From Thermoproteaceae archaeon (GTDB lineage Archaea; Thermoproteota; Thermoprotei; Thermoproteales; Thermoproteaceae): a stretch of 17,800 nt of DNA. The stretch lies in the NCBI GenBank assembly GCA_020833025.1, contig JAJHRB010000030.1, positions 1 through 17,800 on the forward strand, written 5' to 3'. Numbering within the stretch: position 1 is the stretch's first letter; every line of letters starts with the position of its first letter. Shown piece after piece: positions 1-8,539 of this stretch. The notes beneath the pieces are model-generated. The model searched no databases, was not told the DNA's origin, and saw only the letters and a list, made by a program, of their open reading frames with translations. The translations under genes were made by a program, and so were the position numbers.

Positions 1-2
1 AC

Positions 3-365
3 GGCAAGTGCGCCCGCGCTGATTCGTTCGGCAGTGCCGCGTTCGAGCTAGAGGAGGAGCGCCGCGCGGTCAGGGCAGAGGCCGAGTACGACGTGCCCAG
101 CACAAGGATAGGGTACAGCGGTGAGAGGGATATTTACATCTCGGGCGACGCATCAATTGACGTCGAGCTGAGGCCTGAGAGGTTCGTCTACGCGCTGACT
201 CGCTCTGTCAATCTTGCCGAGGTAGATCGTAGTCCGCTACGTAGTGCTCGACGGCACGCCCCCCCCCCCCAAGCGCCCCTGCAGCAGGTCTACATTGACG
301 GGGTCAGCCCGAGTCTGTGCCGGCAGCGCGGCGGAATACTTAAGGGCTGCCGAGAGGGCGCCTAG
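3..365 (+). CDS. C-terminal part of a hypothetical protein (5'-truncated by the window edge)
   Basis: Frame 3 is open from base 3 to TAG at 363-365, so the ORF-track start at 93 is internal. No recognisable motif. Codon usage looks off-frame at about 225-270. Confidence 0.5.
   Translation, partial: GKCARADSFGSAAFELEEERRAVRAEAEYDVPSTRIGYSGERDIYISGDASIDVELRPERFVYALTRSVNLAEVDRSPLRSARRHAPPPQAPLQQVYIDGVSPSLCRQRGGILKGCREGA
259..270 (+). repeat. C12 homopolymer inside the partial CDS
   Basis: Twelve consecutive C counted directly; no comparable run was seen elsewhere in the window. Confidence 0.9.
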
Positions 366-397
366 GGTCCAAGAATCTCCAGGGAAGGGTTGAAGGC

Positions 398-1486
398 TCA
401 CCAGCCGTGGCCGGGTCTCAGAATGGTGCCGGCGGGGACTCTAGACCCCCGCGGCACCAGCGCCCCGAGCTTGTAGTACCTGCGCCCCCTGACCTCGACG
501 GGCTCCAGCCTCTCCCTGCCCTCCCGGAGGACGGACATCGTTATCACGCCGGGCTCGACCACGGCCTCCTCGCCGATAACGCTGTACGAGATGAACGATG
601 CGCGGCCTATCGTGGTCCGCTCGCCCACTAGGCTGTGGCTCACCTCTGCCCCGCTCCCGATAACCGCCTCTGCCTCAACGTCGGCGTAGTTGCGCACGAG
701 CGCGTGACTGCCCACGAAGGCGCCGCGGCCGACGTACGCCGGGCCCTTGATTACCGCGTAGTGGTCGATCTCGGCGCCCTCCTCAATGCGGACGGGGCCC
801 TCTATCACGGCAGCCGGGCTTATCCTCGCGCCGCTAGCTATGCACGTCTCGCGGGGCGCTACGTGCTCGAGCAGCGCTATCAAGTCCTCGGGGTAGCTGA
901 CCTCGTGCCACGCGCCAGCCCACGGCACTACTACAATCTTCCTAGTCTCTGCTGCCTCGCCGAGCGCCTCGCCGAGCTGCCTCCCGTCGAGCGCCTCGAT
1001 CACGTCGCGCGGGAGCAGCGCGGCCCCGCCGAAGACCAGCTGGCTCTCCCCGCCCACGCCGGCGAGCAGCTCCTCGCCTTTCGTCCTCAGGGTGATGTGA
1101 CCTGCGGTCGCGCTGCGTGGTACTGCGAGCACAGCGCCGTCGGCTCCCGCCGACGCGGCGCCCTCTACCAGTGCAGCGAAGGCCGCCGGCCCCACGTACA
1201 CCTCCCCGCGCGCGAAGAGCACGTGAGTCTCCGTCCCGAGGTGCGCGCCGGCCTCCAGCAGGGCGCCCTCGAGCGTCTCCGAGTGCCCCTCAATGGGAGT
1301 GTACGGGCCCGCGCCCGGCTGCGGCGTCACGACATAAACCCTGCCGAATAGTCTCAGCAGCGCGTCAGCAGCGTACTGGTAGAGTCTCTTGCCGCTCACC
1401 TTAACGTGGCTGCCGGGAAGGCCGCCGGTCAGTCCCTCGAACGCCCCGGGCCTCCCGCACGCGAGAACCACTGGCGCCACCCTCAT
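398..1486 (-). CDS. GlmU-like protein (sugar-phosphate nucleotidyltransferase fold plus left-handed beta-helix) with degenerate catalytic motifs
   Basis: N-terminus VVLACGRPGAFEGLTGGLPGSHVKV aligns with the NTP-transferase signature (ILAGGxGxRLxPxTxxxPK). C-terminal hexapeptide repeats (IEGPVRIEEGAEID, IKGPAYVGRGAFVG). Lies directly downstream of glmS. Confidence 0.8.
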   Translation of the reverse strand: MRVAPVVLACGRPGAFEGLTGGLPGSHVKVSGKRLYQYAADALLRLFGRVYVVTPQPGAGPYTPIEGHSETLEGALLEAGAHLGTETHVLFARGEVYVGPAAFAALVEGAASAGADGAVLAVPRSATAGHITLRTKGEELLAGVGGESQLVFGGAALLPRDVIEALDGRQLGEALGEAAETRKIVVVPWAGAWHEVSYPEDLIALLEHVAPRETCIASGARISPAAVIEGPVRIEEGAEIDHYAVIKGPAYVGRGAFVGSHALVRNYADVEAEAVIGSGAEVSHSLVGERTTIGRASFISYSVIGEEAVVEPGVITMSVLREGRERLEPVEVRGRRYYKLGALVPRGSRVPAGTILRPGHGW

Positions 1487-1490
1487 CGCC

Positions 1491-3302
1491 TCACTCGACA
1501 GTCACAGTCTTCGCGAGATTCCTCGGCCTGTCGGGATCCAGCCCCCTCTCGACCGCGACGAAGTACGCGAGCATCTGCAGCGGTATTACGTGGAGGGCAG
1601 GCGAGGCTACCTCGCCTGCGTCGGGCACCCTAATTGCTGCGTCGAGCGCCCTGGCGGCATCACTGCCGGCCGGCACCGTGCCTATGGTGTACGCCCCCCT
1701 CGCCCTCACCTCGGCCACGTTATTCAGCGTTTTCTCTCGCGTCAGCGGGTCCGAGAGCACGAACACGACGGGAAAGCCCTTCTCGACCAGCGCGATGGGC
1801 CCGTGCTTCATCTCGCCCGCCGGGTATGCCTCGGCGTGGAGGTACGCGACCTCCTTCAACTTCAGCGCGCCCTCCATGGCGACGGGAACCGAGAGCCCCC
1901 TGCCCAGGTAGTACGCGCTCGCCTTGCCCTTTATTCTCCTTGCGACATCCCTCACCGTGCCCGCCGCTCCCTCGATTGTCCTTCTCGCGAGCTCTGGCAG
2001 CATCTTCAGCTCTCGCTCGCGCTCGGCGGTGTCCGCGCCCACGAGCCTCATTACTGATATGTACAGTGCCGAGAGCACGGCCACTTGCGTCGTGAACGTC
2101 TTCGTCGCGGCTACGCCTATTTCCGGCCCCGCCCTTGTGTAGATCACCGCGTCGCACTCCCTCGCCACCGTGCTGCCCACGACATTTGTCACGGCAATGA
2201 CCCTCACCCCCCTGCCCTTCATGACTCTCACGGCCTTTATCGTGTCTATCGTCTCCCCGGACTGCGATATTGCAATGGCAACGTCCCCGCGGTCGAAGAG
2301 ATTTTCATAGCTCGCGCATTCGGCCGCCACGATGGGCATTGAGGGAATTCTGACGCGCCAGAGGAGGTGCGCCAGGACCAGGCCCGCGTGATACGACGAG
2401 CCGGCGCCCACCACGTACACACCCCTCGCCGAGAGCAGCGCGCTGGCAGCTGTCTCGAGCCTCGGCCACTCCAGCCCGGCAATCGTGAGCGCGAGGGACT
2501 CGGGCTGCTCGTATATCTCCTTGAGCATGAAGTGCGGGTAGCCGCCCTTGCTTGCCATCTCGGCAGTCCACGGGATCTCCTCCACGCGGAGCGAAACGTC
2601 TTGCGGCACGCCGTCGTGCTCGATGTAGACTGCCGTAGGGGTGATGTAGCCGCACTCGCCGTCTCTCACCACGACGACGCGTCTCGTGAAGTCGAGCAGC
2701 GCCGGTATGTCGCTGGCTATAACGTTAAACCCGTCGCCGAGGCCGATCACGAGCGGGGACAGGTTCCTGGCAAAGTAAATCGCGGCGGGGCTCCCGGCGT
2801 CTATGACTGCAATCGCGTACGCGCCGCGGAGGCGCGCAACGGCTCTCTTAAATGCCGCGAAGGCGTCGAGACCCTGCCGCCTGTACTCCTCGATGAGGTG
2901 CGCCACAACCTCTGTGTCTGTCTCCGAGCGGAATGCGTGACCGCGCATCTCGAGCTCCTCCCTCAGCTCTGCGTAGTTCTCCACAATTCCATTGTGAGCG
3001 ACGGCAATCGTTCCGGTGCAGTCGAGGTGCGGGTGCGCGTTCTCGCGGCTCGGCCTCCCGTGAGTCGCCCAGCGCGTGTGCGCGATGCCGGCAATGCCGT
3101 TGAGAGAGCGGAAGCCGTGGCGCGCGGAGACCTCGGCCACCTTGCCGGCGTCCTTCCTCACCACTATCACGCCCCCGTCTGCGACGGCCACGCCCGCCGA
3201 GTCGTAGCCTCTGTACTCAAGCCTGTGAAGGGCCATGGTCAGCATCTCGCCGAGGGGACTCTTCGGCCTCTCAGCGAAGACCGCTCCGAATATTCCGCAC
3301 AC
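1491..3302 (-). CDS. glmS: Glutamine--fructose-6-phosphate aminotransferase (isomerizing)
   Basis: MCGIFG with the N-terminal catalytic Cys, RGYDSAG, HTRWATHG, HNG, SETDTE, SQSGET, ATKTFT, KHGP, C-terminal PRNLAKTVTVE. Confidence 0.98.
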   Translation of the reverse strand: MCGIFGAVFAERPKSPLGEMLTMALHRLEYRGYDSAGVAVADGGVIVVRKDAGKVAEVSARHGFRSLNGIAGIAHTRWATHGRPSRENAHPHLDCTGTIAVAHNGIVENYAELREELEMRGHAFRSETDTEVVAHLIEEYRRQGLDAFAAFKRAVARLRGAYAIAVIDAGSPAAIYFARNLSPLVIGLGDGFNVIASDIPALLDFTRRVVVVRDGECGYITPTAVYIEHDGVPQDVSLRVEEIPWTAEMASKGGYPHFMLKEIYEQPESLALTIAGLEWPRLETAASALLSARGVYVVGAGSSYHAGLVLAHLLWRVRIPSMPIVAAECASYENLFDRGDVAIAISQSGETIDTIKAVRVMKGRGVRVIAVTNVVGSTVARECDAVIYTRAGPEIGVAATKTFTTQVAVLSALYISVMRLVGADTAERERELKMLPELARRTIEGAAGTVRDVARRIKGKASAYYLGRGLSVPVAMEGALKLKEVAYLHAEAYPAGEMKHGPIALVEKGFPVVFVLSDPLTREKTLNNVAEVRARGAYTIGTVPAGSDAARALDAAIRVPDAGEVASPALHVIPLQMLAYFVAVERGLDPDRPRNLAKTVTVE

Positions 3303-3320
3303 TGCCGGAGTGGCGCGGGC

Positions 3321-3330
3321 CTTTTTTACT
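3321..3330 (-). promoter_or_regulatory. TATA-like box of glmS (leaderless)
   Basis: Minus-strand AGTAAAAAAG about 28 nt before the GTG at 3302, the same spacing as other promoters in the window. Confidence 0.6.
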
Positions 3331-3333
3331 GTG

Positions 3334-3383
3334 TCAGCGCCGCTGAAGGCCTATCACCGCTCGCCTGAACCTCTACTCATCAC
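3334..3383 (-). ncRNA. Box C/D 2'-O-methylation guide sRNA (no. 1)
   Basis: Minus strand: C GTGATGA (3383-3377), guide GTAGAGGTTCAG, D' GCGA, spacer GCG, C' GTGATAG, guide GCCTTCAGCGGCG, D CTGA (3337-3334). Core is 50 nt. The C box overlaps the DHH stop codon. Confidence 0.85.
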
Positions 3384-4312
3384 GCCCAGATAGACGTGCA
3401 CGGCAGTTTTAAACCGCTACACGCGCCCAGCACGTAAACCGCGCGCGGCCTGACCGCCTCGAACAGATCGTGAAGCGGCTTGTGCCGGCGCAGCAGCGGA
3501 GCCCTAATCGTCGCGCCCGCGGCGTACCTGTGCCCCCCGCCGCCGAAGCGCGCGGCGAGCTCTGTGCAGTCGTACCCGCTGTCTCTGCGGGCCCCGCAGT
3601 AAAGCCTGTAGCTCACAAGCCCCCTTCTCACCAAGATATTGACAAACTTCGAGCCCCTCCTCTCGAGCTCCAGCACCATCAGGCGGTAGGAGACGCCGAG
3701 ACTCCGCGGGCTGTACACCAGCAGTGCCTCATCGGGCGGGATTCTCTCTACTATCTTGCGGATAATTTCGTGTCTCTCGAGCCCCCTGCGCGCCGTGGAG
3801 GCAAGCGGCTCCTCGTCGAGCGCCGAGAGCCCATTGCGCGCGAGCAGCTCCACCGCGGCTAGCCTCTCCCCGTACGATGCGTACCTTATGGCTAGGTCGA
3901 GCATCCACACCCTGCGGTCGGTCACGCTCGCCGTGTCTGCCTGCACCGCGGCGTCCACCAGCTGCTGCGCGAGCGGGTCCCCCTCGAGCCCGAGCGCCTT
4001 GACTGCAAGCGCGGCGGCCGCGGGCGCGTCGGGGTCGTAAAACTCGACCTCGGCGCAGGGGGCATTCGTCTTGTGGTGGTCTGCCCTGAGTCTGGCTCTC
4101 GGCGGGCACGGCAGGTCGGCCACGAAGTCCCACGGGACTGCACGCACCCAGAGCCTCCTGACGTCAGAGGGGGCGCCGAGCACCACCGCGCCGTTGGGGT
4201 AGGCGCGCTTGAAGAGCGCGGCGCAGACAAGCCCGTCGACGTCGCCGCCGTCGCACAGGGCCACGGGCCTCCCCCTCAGTCTGGCGGCGAGCACCGCGAG
4301 AGGCCTGAGCAC
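3380..4312 (-). CDS. DHH/DHHA1 family phosphoesterase (NrnA/RecJ-like superfamily)
   Basis: Motifs DGGDVDG (DxD), ADL, ADHH, QADT and the DHHA1 signature GGGGHRYAAG. Confidence 0.9.
   Translation of the reverse strand: MLRPLAVLAARLRGRPVALCDGGDVDGLVCAALFKRAYPNGAVVLGAPSDVRRLWVRAVPWDFVADLPCPPRARLRADHHKTNAPCAEVEFYDPDAPAAAALAVKALGLEGDPLAQQLVDAAVQADTASVTDRRVWMLDLAIRYASYGERLAAVELLARNGLSALDEEPLASTARRGLERHEIIRKIVERIPPDEALLVYSPRSLGVSYRLMVLELERRGSKFVNILVRRGLVSYRLYCGARRDSGYDCTELAARFGGGGHRYAAGATIRAPLLRRHKPLHDLFEAVRPRAVYVLGACSGLKLPCTSIWA
3407..3413 (-). promoter_or_regulatory. TATA box for C/D sRNA no. 1, embedded in the DHH coding sequence
   Basis: Minus-strand TTTAAAA about 30 nt before the C box, formed by AT-rich codons GGT TTA AAA. 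Confidence 0.65.
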
Positions 4313-4332
4313 GCGCTAACGACGCGCGGCCA

Positions 4333-4342
4333 ATATTTATAT
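4333..4342. promoter_or_regulatory. AT-rich bidirectional TATA element between divergent genes
   Basis: ATATTTATAT lies about 29 nt from both the minus-strand GTG at 4312 and the plus-strand TTG at 4364. Confidence 0.7.
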
Positions 4343-4363
4343 CCGTCGGGAGGCTCTCGCGCG

Positions 4364-4993
4364 TTGATACTCGGCTATTTCGGCAGGAGGAGCATATACG
4401 AGGTGTTGAGGAGGCTCGCGCTGAACGTTGCTATGTTCGAGCGCGGGGACGTGACAATAGTGGACGCGGGGTACAGAGAGCGCGGGGATGTCGTGCTGGA
4501 GTGCTCAGACTTCTCCTGCATTGCAGTCAAGCTCTTCTCGAGCCTGCCCGGAATAGTCGGCGGCGGGAGGCTCGGGCTCGATCCCGGCGCTGTGAGAAAC
4601 GGCGTGGTGTACGCGCTAGGCGGCGAGCCCGTGCTGCACGCAGTGCTGGGAGCGGGCGCCGTGAGGGAGATTCTGGCGCGCGCCGGCTGCGTTGACGTCC
4701 ACGTCGGCGCGTCGCAGTACGCCAGCATTGCCGAGGCCCTCTTGCTCTCGCGCTGCGCCACGCTGCACGTAGTTGACGAGCCCGCCGCGGCGCGCATGAG
4801 GGGCTTTCTGAGGGCGAGGTACCCGGAGTTGAAAGAGGACGAGATCGACGCGCTGTCGTTCACGTACCACGACGGCATCGTGATTGAGAGGCGCGCTGCA
4901 GTGCCGGGGGGCTCCGCAAGACGCCCCCCGCGGCCTCGCGCTGCAGAAACCCTAATAAGGATGCTGGGAGTGCCGGAGTATGTTTATCGTTAG
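4364..4993 (+). CDS. Hypothetical protein (209 aa)
   Basis: 3' part of ORF-track 4073..4993. Start moved to TTG 4364 from TATA spacing and because the upstream extension is antisense to the DHH gene. No recognisable family. Confidence 0.7.
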   Translation: MILGYFGRRSIYEVLRRLALNVAMFERGDVTIVDAGYRERGDVVLECSDFSCIAVKLFSSLPGIVGGGRLGLDPGAVRNGVVYALGGEPVLHAVLGAGAVREILARAGCVDVHVGASQYASIAEALLLSRCATLHVVDEPAAARMRGFLRARYPELKEDEIDALSFTYHDGIVIERRAAVPGGSARRPPRPRAAETLIRMLGVPEYVYR

Positions 4994-5168
4994 GTGCGAC
5001 TCGTGCGGCTTCGTGCTGTACAAGGGAAGGGAGCCCAGGACCGTCGAGGCAGTCCTTAAGATGTGGGGCGGCGTCTGCCCCAAGTGTATGTCGCCCCTAG
5101 AGAGGAAGCCAATAAGGATGGCCGTCGGCCTCATCAGCGGCGCGGGCAGAGAGGGCGGGAGGAAGTAG
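4980..5168 (+). CDS. Small zinc-ribbon protein (two CxxC)
   Basis: CDSC and CPKC pairs. GGAG just upstream of the ATG. Overlaps the previous gene by 14 nt. Confidence 0.8.
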   Translation: MFIVRCDSCGFVLYKGREPRTVEAVLKMWGGVCPKCMSPLERKPIRMAVGLISGAGREGGRK

Positions 5169-5190
5169 CGCGCGGCCCCGCCGGACTCAC

Positions 5191-7503
5191 ATGAGCAGAG
5201 CAGAAAGGCTGGCTGTAATTTCGTCGCTGCTCGCGTCGTTCTCAATCGCGCTTTACCTGAGACTCTACAGGGTGTTCGAGTGGGGCTGGTGGCTAGACGA
5301 GTTCGACCCCTACATCAGGTATTACCTGGCTGAGCACACGCTGAGGCACGGGCTTGCGTGGTGGTGGTCTGGCGGCCACTTCGTCGAGTTCTGGCACCCC
5401 CACGGCGTTGACTGGAGCAGGGTGCTGCTGCCCGGGACGTCGCTCTACGGGCTCTTCGTCTACGCGCTGCTGAGCCCGCTCGGAGTCGATCTCTGGCGCG
5501 CCGTGATAATCGCGCCCGCAGTTTTCGGCTCCATGGCCGTGCTCTCCATGTTCTACCTCGGCTACAGGGTGGGGTCCGAGCTCGGCGCGCCGCGAGGCGG
5601 CGAGACGGTGGGCCTGGTGTCTGCAATGCTGACTGCTATAGCGCCGGCCTTCATCGAGCGGGGCCTCGGCGCGTGGTTTGACGACGAGCCCGTCAGCCTG
5701 TTCTTGATACCGCTCGGCCTGGCCCTCATACTCGAGGGCCTCAAGAGGCCGTGGGCGGGCGCTCTCGCCGGCGCTGCCCTGGGCTATGTCGCCTGGACGT
5801 GGGGCGCCCACTTTTACGTGTGGAATCTACTGGGGCTTTACGCCGCGGCGCTTCCTGGCTACTACTACCTCAGACGCGCGCTCTCTCGCGCGCCCGCCGG
5901 CAGTAGGCGCGCGAGGGCGCCCGGCGAGCCCCCGCTGCCCTTCTCGGCCAGGAACCTCCTCGCGTCCTATCTGTTGTTTTACTTGGTTTACGCGGCCTTT
6001 GTGGCGTCGGTGCCCAGATACGGGCCGCACGCGCTAACAAGCGCGTTCAACATACTGCCGGCCTTCGGCCTCGCGTCGGCGGTCCTGACGTGGCTGCTTG
6101 AGGAGAGGCCGGCGCTTAGGAGGGCGCTGAGGCTGCGCCTGTGGGTCGTGGTAGCGACTGCGGCAGCCGCCGCGGCTGTTTTCGCGGCCGCGGTTGCCGC
6201 GGGCTTGATAGGCGGCAGGTTCCTGGCAGTTCTGCTGCCGGCAGCCCGGCCCGCGCTGGTGGCGAGCGTGGCAGAGCACAGCGCGTCGTCCTTCATGCAG
6301 GTGGCGGTGAGGTACGGGCCGCTCGCCCCCTTCATCATTGCGGCAGTGCCCGGGCTCCTCACGCCACAGGGCCTCCTTATTCTTACCTACCTGATTACGG
6401 CAGGCTACTCGGCAGTCTCAATGGTGCGCCTGCTGGTGCTGATGGCGCCGGCCGCAATCGCGGCAGCTGCCGTCGGCATTGTTCGCGCGCTCGGCGCGCG
6501 CAGGCTCGGGGCGCTTGTGGCTGCTGCGGCTGCGGTGTCTGCAGTATTCTGTCTTGCAATGTCAGTCGGAGTGGCCAAGGCGCCGATGCAGGTCACGGTC
6601 TCGGCCGTGGGGACCGTGTCGGACGACTTCCTGGACGCGCTGCTGTGGCTGAAGACCAGGCTGCCGCCGCTGGAGCCTGTCGCCTCGTGGTGGGACTATG
6701 GGTACTGGATTACGGTAATTGGCAACAAGAGCAGTCTTGCCGACAACTCGACGATCAACGCGACTCAGATAGGCGTGGTAGCCACGGCATTCATGTCGCC
6801 GCCGCGCGTCGGCTCGGCGATTTTCGAGAGACTCGGCGCCAGGTACGTGCTGGCCATAATGCCGTATGTCGTCGCGCCGGCCCAGCTCCGCACCGGGGAG
6901 GCGGCCTACATCCTCTATCACGAGCAGCCGCCAGGCGGGGACTTCCTCAAGTCTTACTGGATGGCGCGGATAGCGCTCGAGAACGTCAAGGGCGCGGCCT
7001 CCGTGCTCGGCGCGGACAGCGCCAGCCCCGAGGACTTCATCTACAGCAGAGTCATGTCGTACCCGGGACCTCCGCCGCGCCGGGAGTACGCGTACTTCAT
7101 GGTGGGGGACTACTACTACCCGGTGCCCCTGGACCTCAACCGCACGCTCTACGCAATGCTATTCTCCAAGGTCAGGTTCGTGCCAATTTACGGCAGTGAG
7201 GCCGGCCGCCTCTCCTGGGTCTTCGAGGGGGTGTACGCGCAGGGCTCTTACGTCACGCTGAGGCAAATAGGAGTTGTGGGCGGCAACGTCTACCTGCCCG
7301 TGGACGCGCCGCGCGAGGCTGAGCTGCTCGGCGCTCATGTGATCCGCGGCTGGACGCCTGAGGGCATTGACGTCGTCGAGGACCCGCTGACGGGGAGGGC
7401 GGCCCGCATAGCGCCCGCTACCGCGGTGCCGGAGTTCATGAGGCCCGTGTACGTCTCAAGGCCTCACGGCTGGGTGGTCGTTTACGAGCTCTCGCCGCCG
7501 TAA
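5191..7503 (+). CDS. aglB: Oligosaccharyltransferase AglB (STT3 family)
   Basis: EFDPY, many hydrophobic helices, WFDDE, SVAEH, WWDYG, DNST and the DK motif DFLKSYWM. Confidence 0.96.
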   Translation: MSRAERLAVISSLLASFSIALYLRLYRVFEWGWWLDEFDPYIRYYLAEHTLRHGLAWWWSGGHFVEFWHPHGVDWSRVLLPGTSLYGLFVYALLSPLGVDLWRAVIIAPAVFGSMAVLSMFYLGYRVGSELGAPRGGETVGLVSAMLTAIAPAFIERGLGAWFDDEPVSLFLIPLGLALILEGLKRPWAGALAGAALGYVAWTWGAHFYVWNLLGLYAAALPGYYYLRRALSRAPAGSRRARAPGEPPLPFSARNLLASYLLFYLVYAAFVASVPRYGPHALTSAFNILPAFGLASAVLTWLLEERPALRRALRLRLWVVVATAAAAAAVFAAAVAAGLIGGRFLAVLLPAARPALVASVAEHSASSFMQVAVRYGPLAPFIIAAVPGLLTPQGLLILTYLITAGYSAVSMVRLLVLMAPAAIAAAAVGIVRALGARRLGALVAAAAAVSAVFCLAMSVGVAKAPMQVTVSAVGTVSDDFLDALLWLKTRLPPLEPVASWWDYGYWITVIGNKSSLADNSTINATQIGVVATAFMSPPRVGSAIFERLGARYVLAIMPYVVAPAQLRTGEAAYILYHEQPPGGDFLKSYWMARIALENVKGAASVLGADSASPEDFIYSRVMSYPGPPPRREYAYFMVGDYYYPVPLDLNRTLYAMLFSKVRFVPIYGSEAGRLSWVFEGVYAQGSYVTLRQIGVVGGNVYLPVDAPREAELLGAHVIRGWTPEGIDVVEDPLTGRAARIAPATAVPEFMRPVYVSRPHGWVVVYELSPP

Positions 7504-7712
7504 AACTCACGCAAGATCTTCTTCCTGGCCTCCTCTCCCAGCGGCAGCCTGCCGCTCAGGAGCTTCTGGAGGATGCGGTACTTCTGGTATCTGTCCTCGG
7601 GGGAGAACTTCGGCGGGTGCGGGACTCTGACCTCGCCCCCGCACCTCGGGCACCTGTCCCTTGACAGGGTGTAGGCCCCGCACTTGACGCAGCGCCTGAG
7701 CAGCGACCTCAC
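7482..7712 (-). CDS. nop10: H/ACA RNP protein Nop10
   Basis: RRCVKCGAYTL...CPRCGG...PHPPKFSPEDRYQKYR signature; follows aIF2alpha as in the conserved archaeal order. Confidence 0.96.
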   Translation of the reverse strand: MRSLLRRCVKCGAYTLSRDRCPRCGGEVRVPHPPKFSPEDRYQKYRILQKLLSGRLPLGEEARKKILREFYGGESS

Positions 7713-8509
7713 CCGCCCTCGAGTCTCTGGAGGGACGCTATTATGTTGTACTTCTTCTGCAGTGCCTGCAGTATGTTCTTGGCCTCGTTGAACGCGGCCT
7801 CCACGTGCCTCGCCCCCCTGCCCGTAATGTCTATTCTGTACCTGGGCGGCCCCACCGCGTACACTCTGAACGAGAGGTCGGGGAACTTGCCGCGGAGGGC
7901 TCTTGCGAGCTCCTCGAACGCCCCTCTCAGCTTCTCGACCCCGTTGCCGTCAATGCTAGCGGCCTTTATGATGCCCGACACTCTAACTGTCGGCGTCTCG
8001 ACGTGCTGCACGGCGAGCTCCACCAGAGCCGCCTTCAACTCGCCGTCGAGCTCCAGCCTCCCGAGCGCCTCGGGCCCCGCCCTCGCCACCTCCTCAAAGG
8101 CCTTGAAGGGATCCCCGAAGTGCTCCTCGAGAAGCCACAGCACCTTCAGCGCGCCCTCTCCCGGCCTGTTGAGCCTCTGCATTGCAACCTCGATTATTTT
8201 GAGCGCGCGTATCTTGCGGCGATACGCGAGCATCTTCCGCTCCTTGTCCTCGGGCCGCACGCGCTTCAGAGAGACCTCGACAACTCTCATCCTAGGGTTG
8301 ACGCTGACGACCTTGAAGACTGTCTTGAGCCCCTCCTTCACGTAGTCCCGTATCGAGTGGAACCAGGACTGCACAATCTCGTGAATTGGGGCGAAGGCCT
8401 CAACGTCGTACTCGTCGAGGTGGACGTAGGCGCCGTGGTCTGCTATCTTCCTGACAGTGCCTATGACCAGCTCGCCCACGTCCGGCAGCTCCTTGCCGGC
8501 GAGTCTCAT
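7709..8509 (-). CDS. eif2a: Translation initiation factor 2 subunit alpha (aIF2alpha)
   Basis: ELPDVGELVIGTV S1 domain, GAYVHLDEY, VGPPRYRI in the C-terminal domain. Confidence 0.96.
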   Translation of the reverse strand: MRLAGKELPDVGELVIGTVRKIADHGAYVHLDEYDVEAFAPIHEIVQSWFHSIRDYVKEGLKTVFKVVSVNPRMRVVEVSLKRVRPEDKERKMLAYRRKIRALKIIEVAMQRLNRPGEGALKVLWLLEEHFGDPFKAFEEVARAGPEALGRLELDGELKAALVELAVQHVETPTVRVSGIIKAASIDGNGVEKLRGAFEELARALRGKFPDLSFRVYAVGPPRYRIDITGRGARHVEAAFNEAKNILQALQKKYNIIASLQRLEGG

Positions 8510-8530
8510 CGCGCGCTAGTTGTGCCGCAT

Positions 8531-8539
8531 GTATAAAAA
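8531..8539 (-). promoter_or_regulatory. TATA box of aIF2alpha-nop10
   Basis: Minus-strand TTTTTATAC about 29 nt before the ATG at 8509. Confidence 0.7.

Noticed and set aside
4073-4363. N-terminal extension of the 306-aa ORF in the track
   Set aside because: Antisense to the DHH gene and runs across the TATA box. TTG 4364 fits the promoter spacing.
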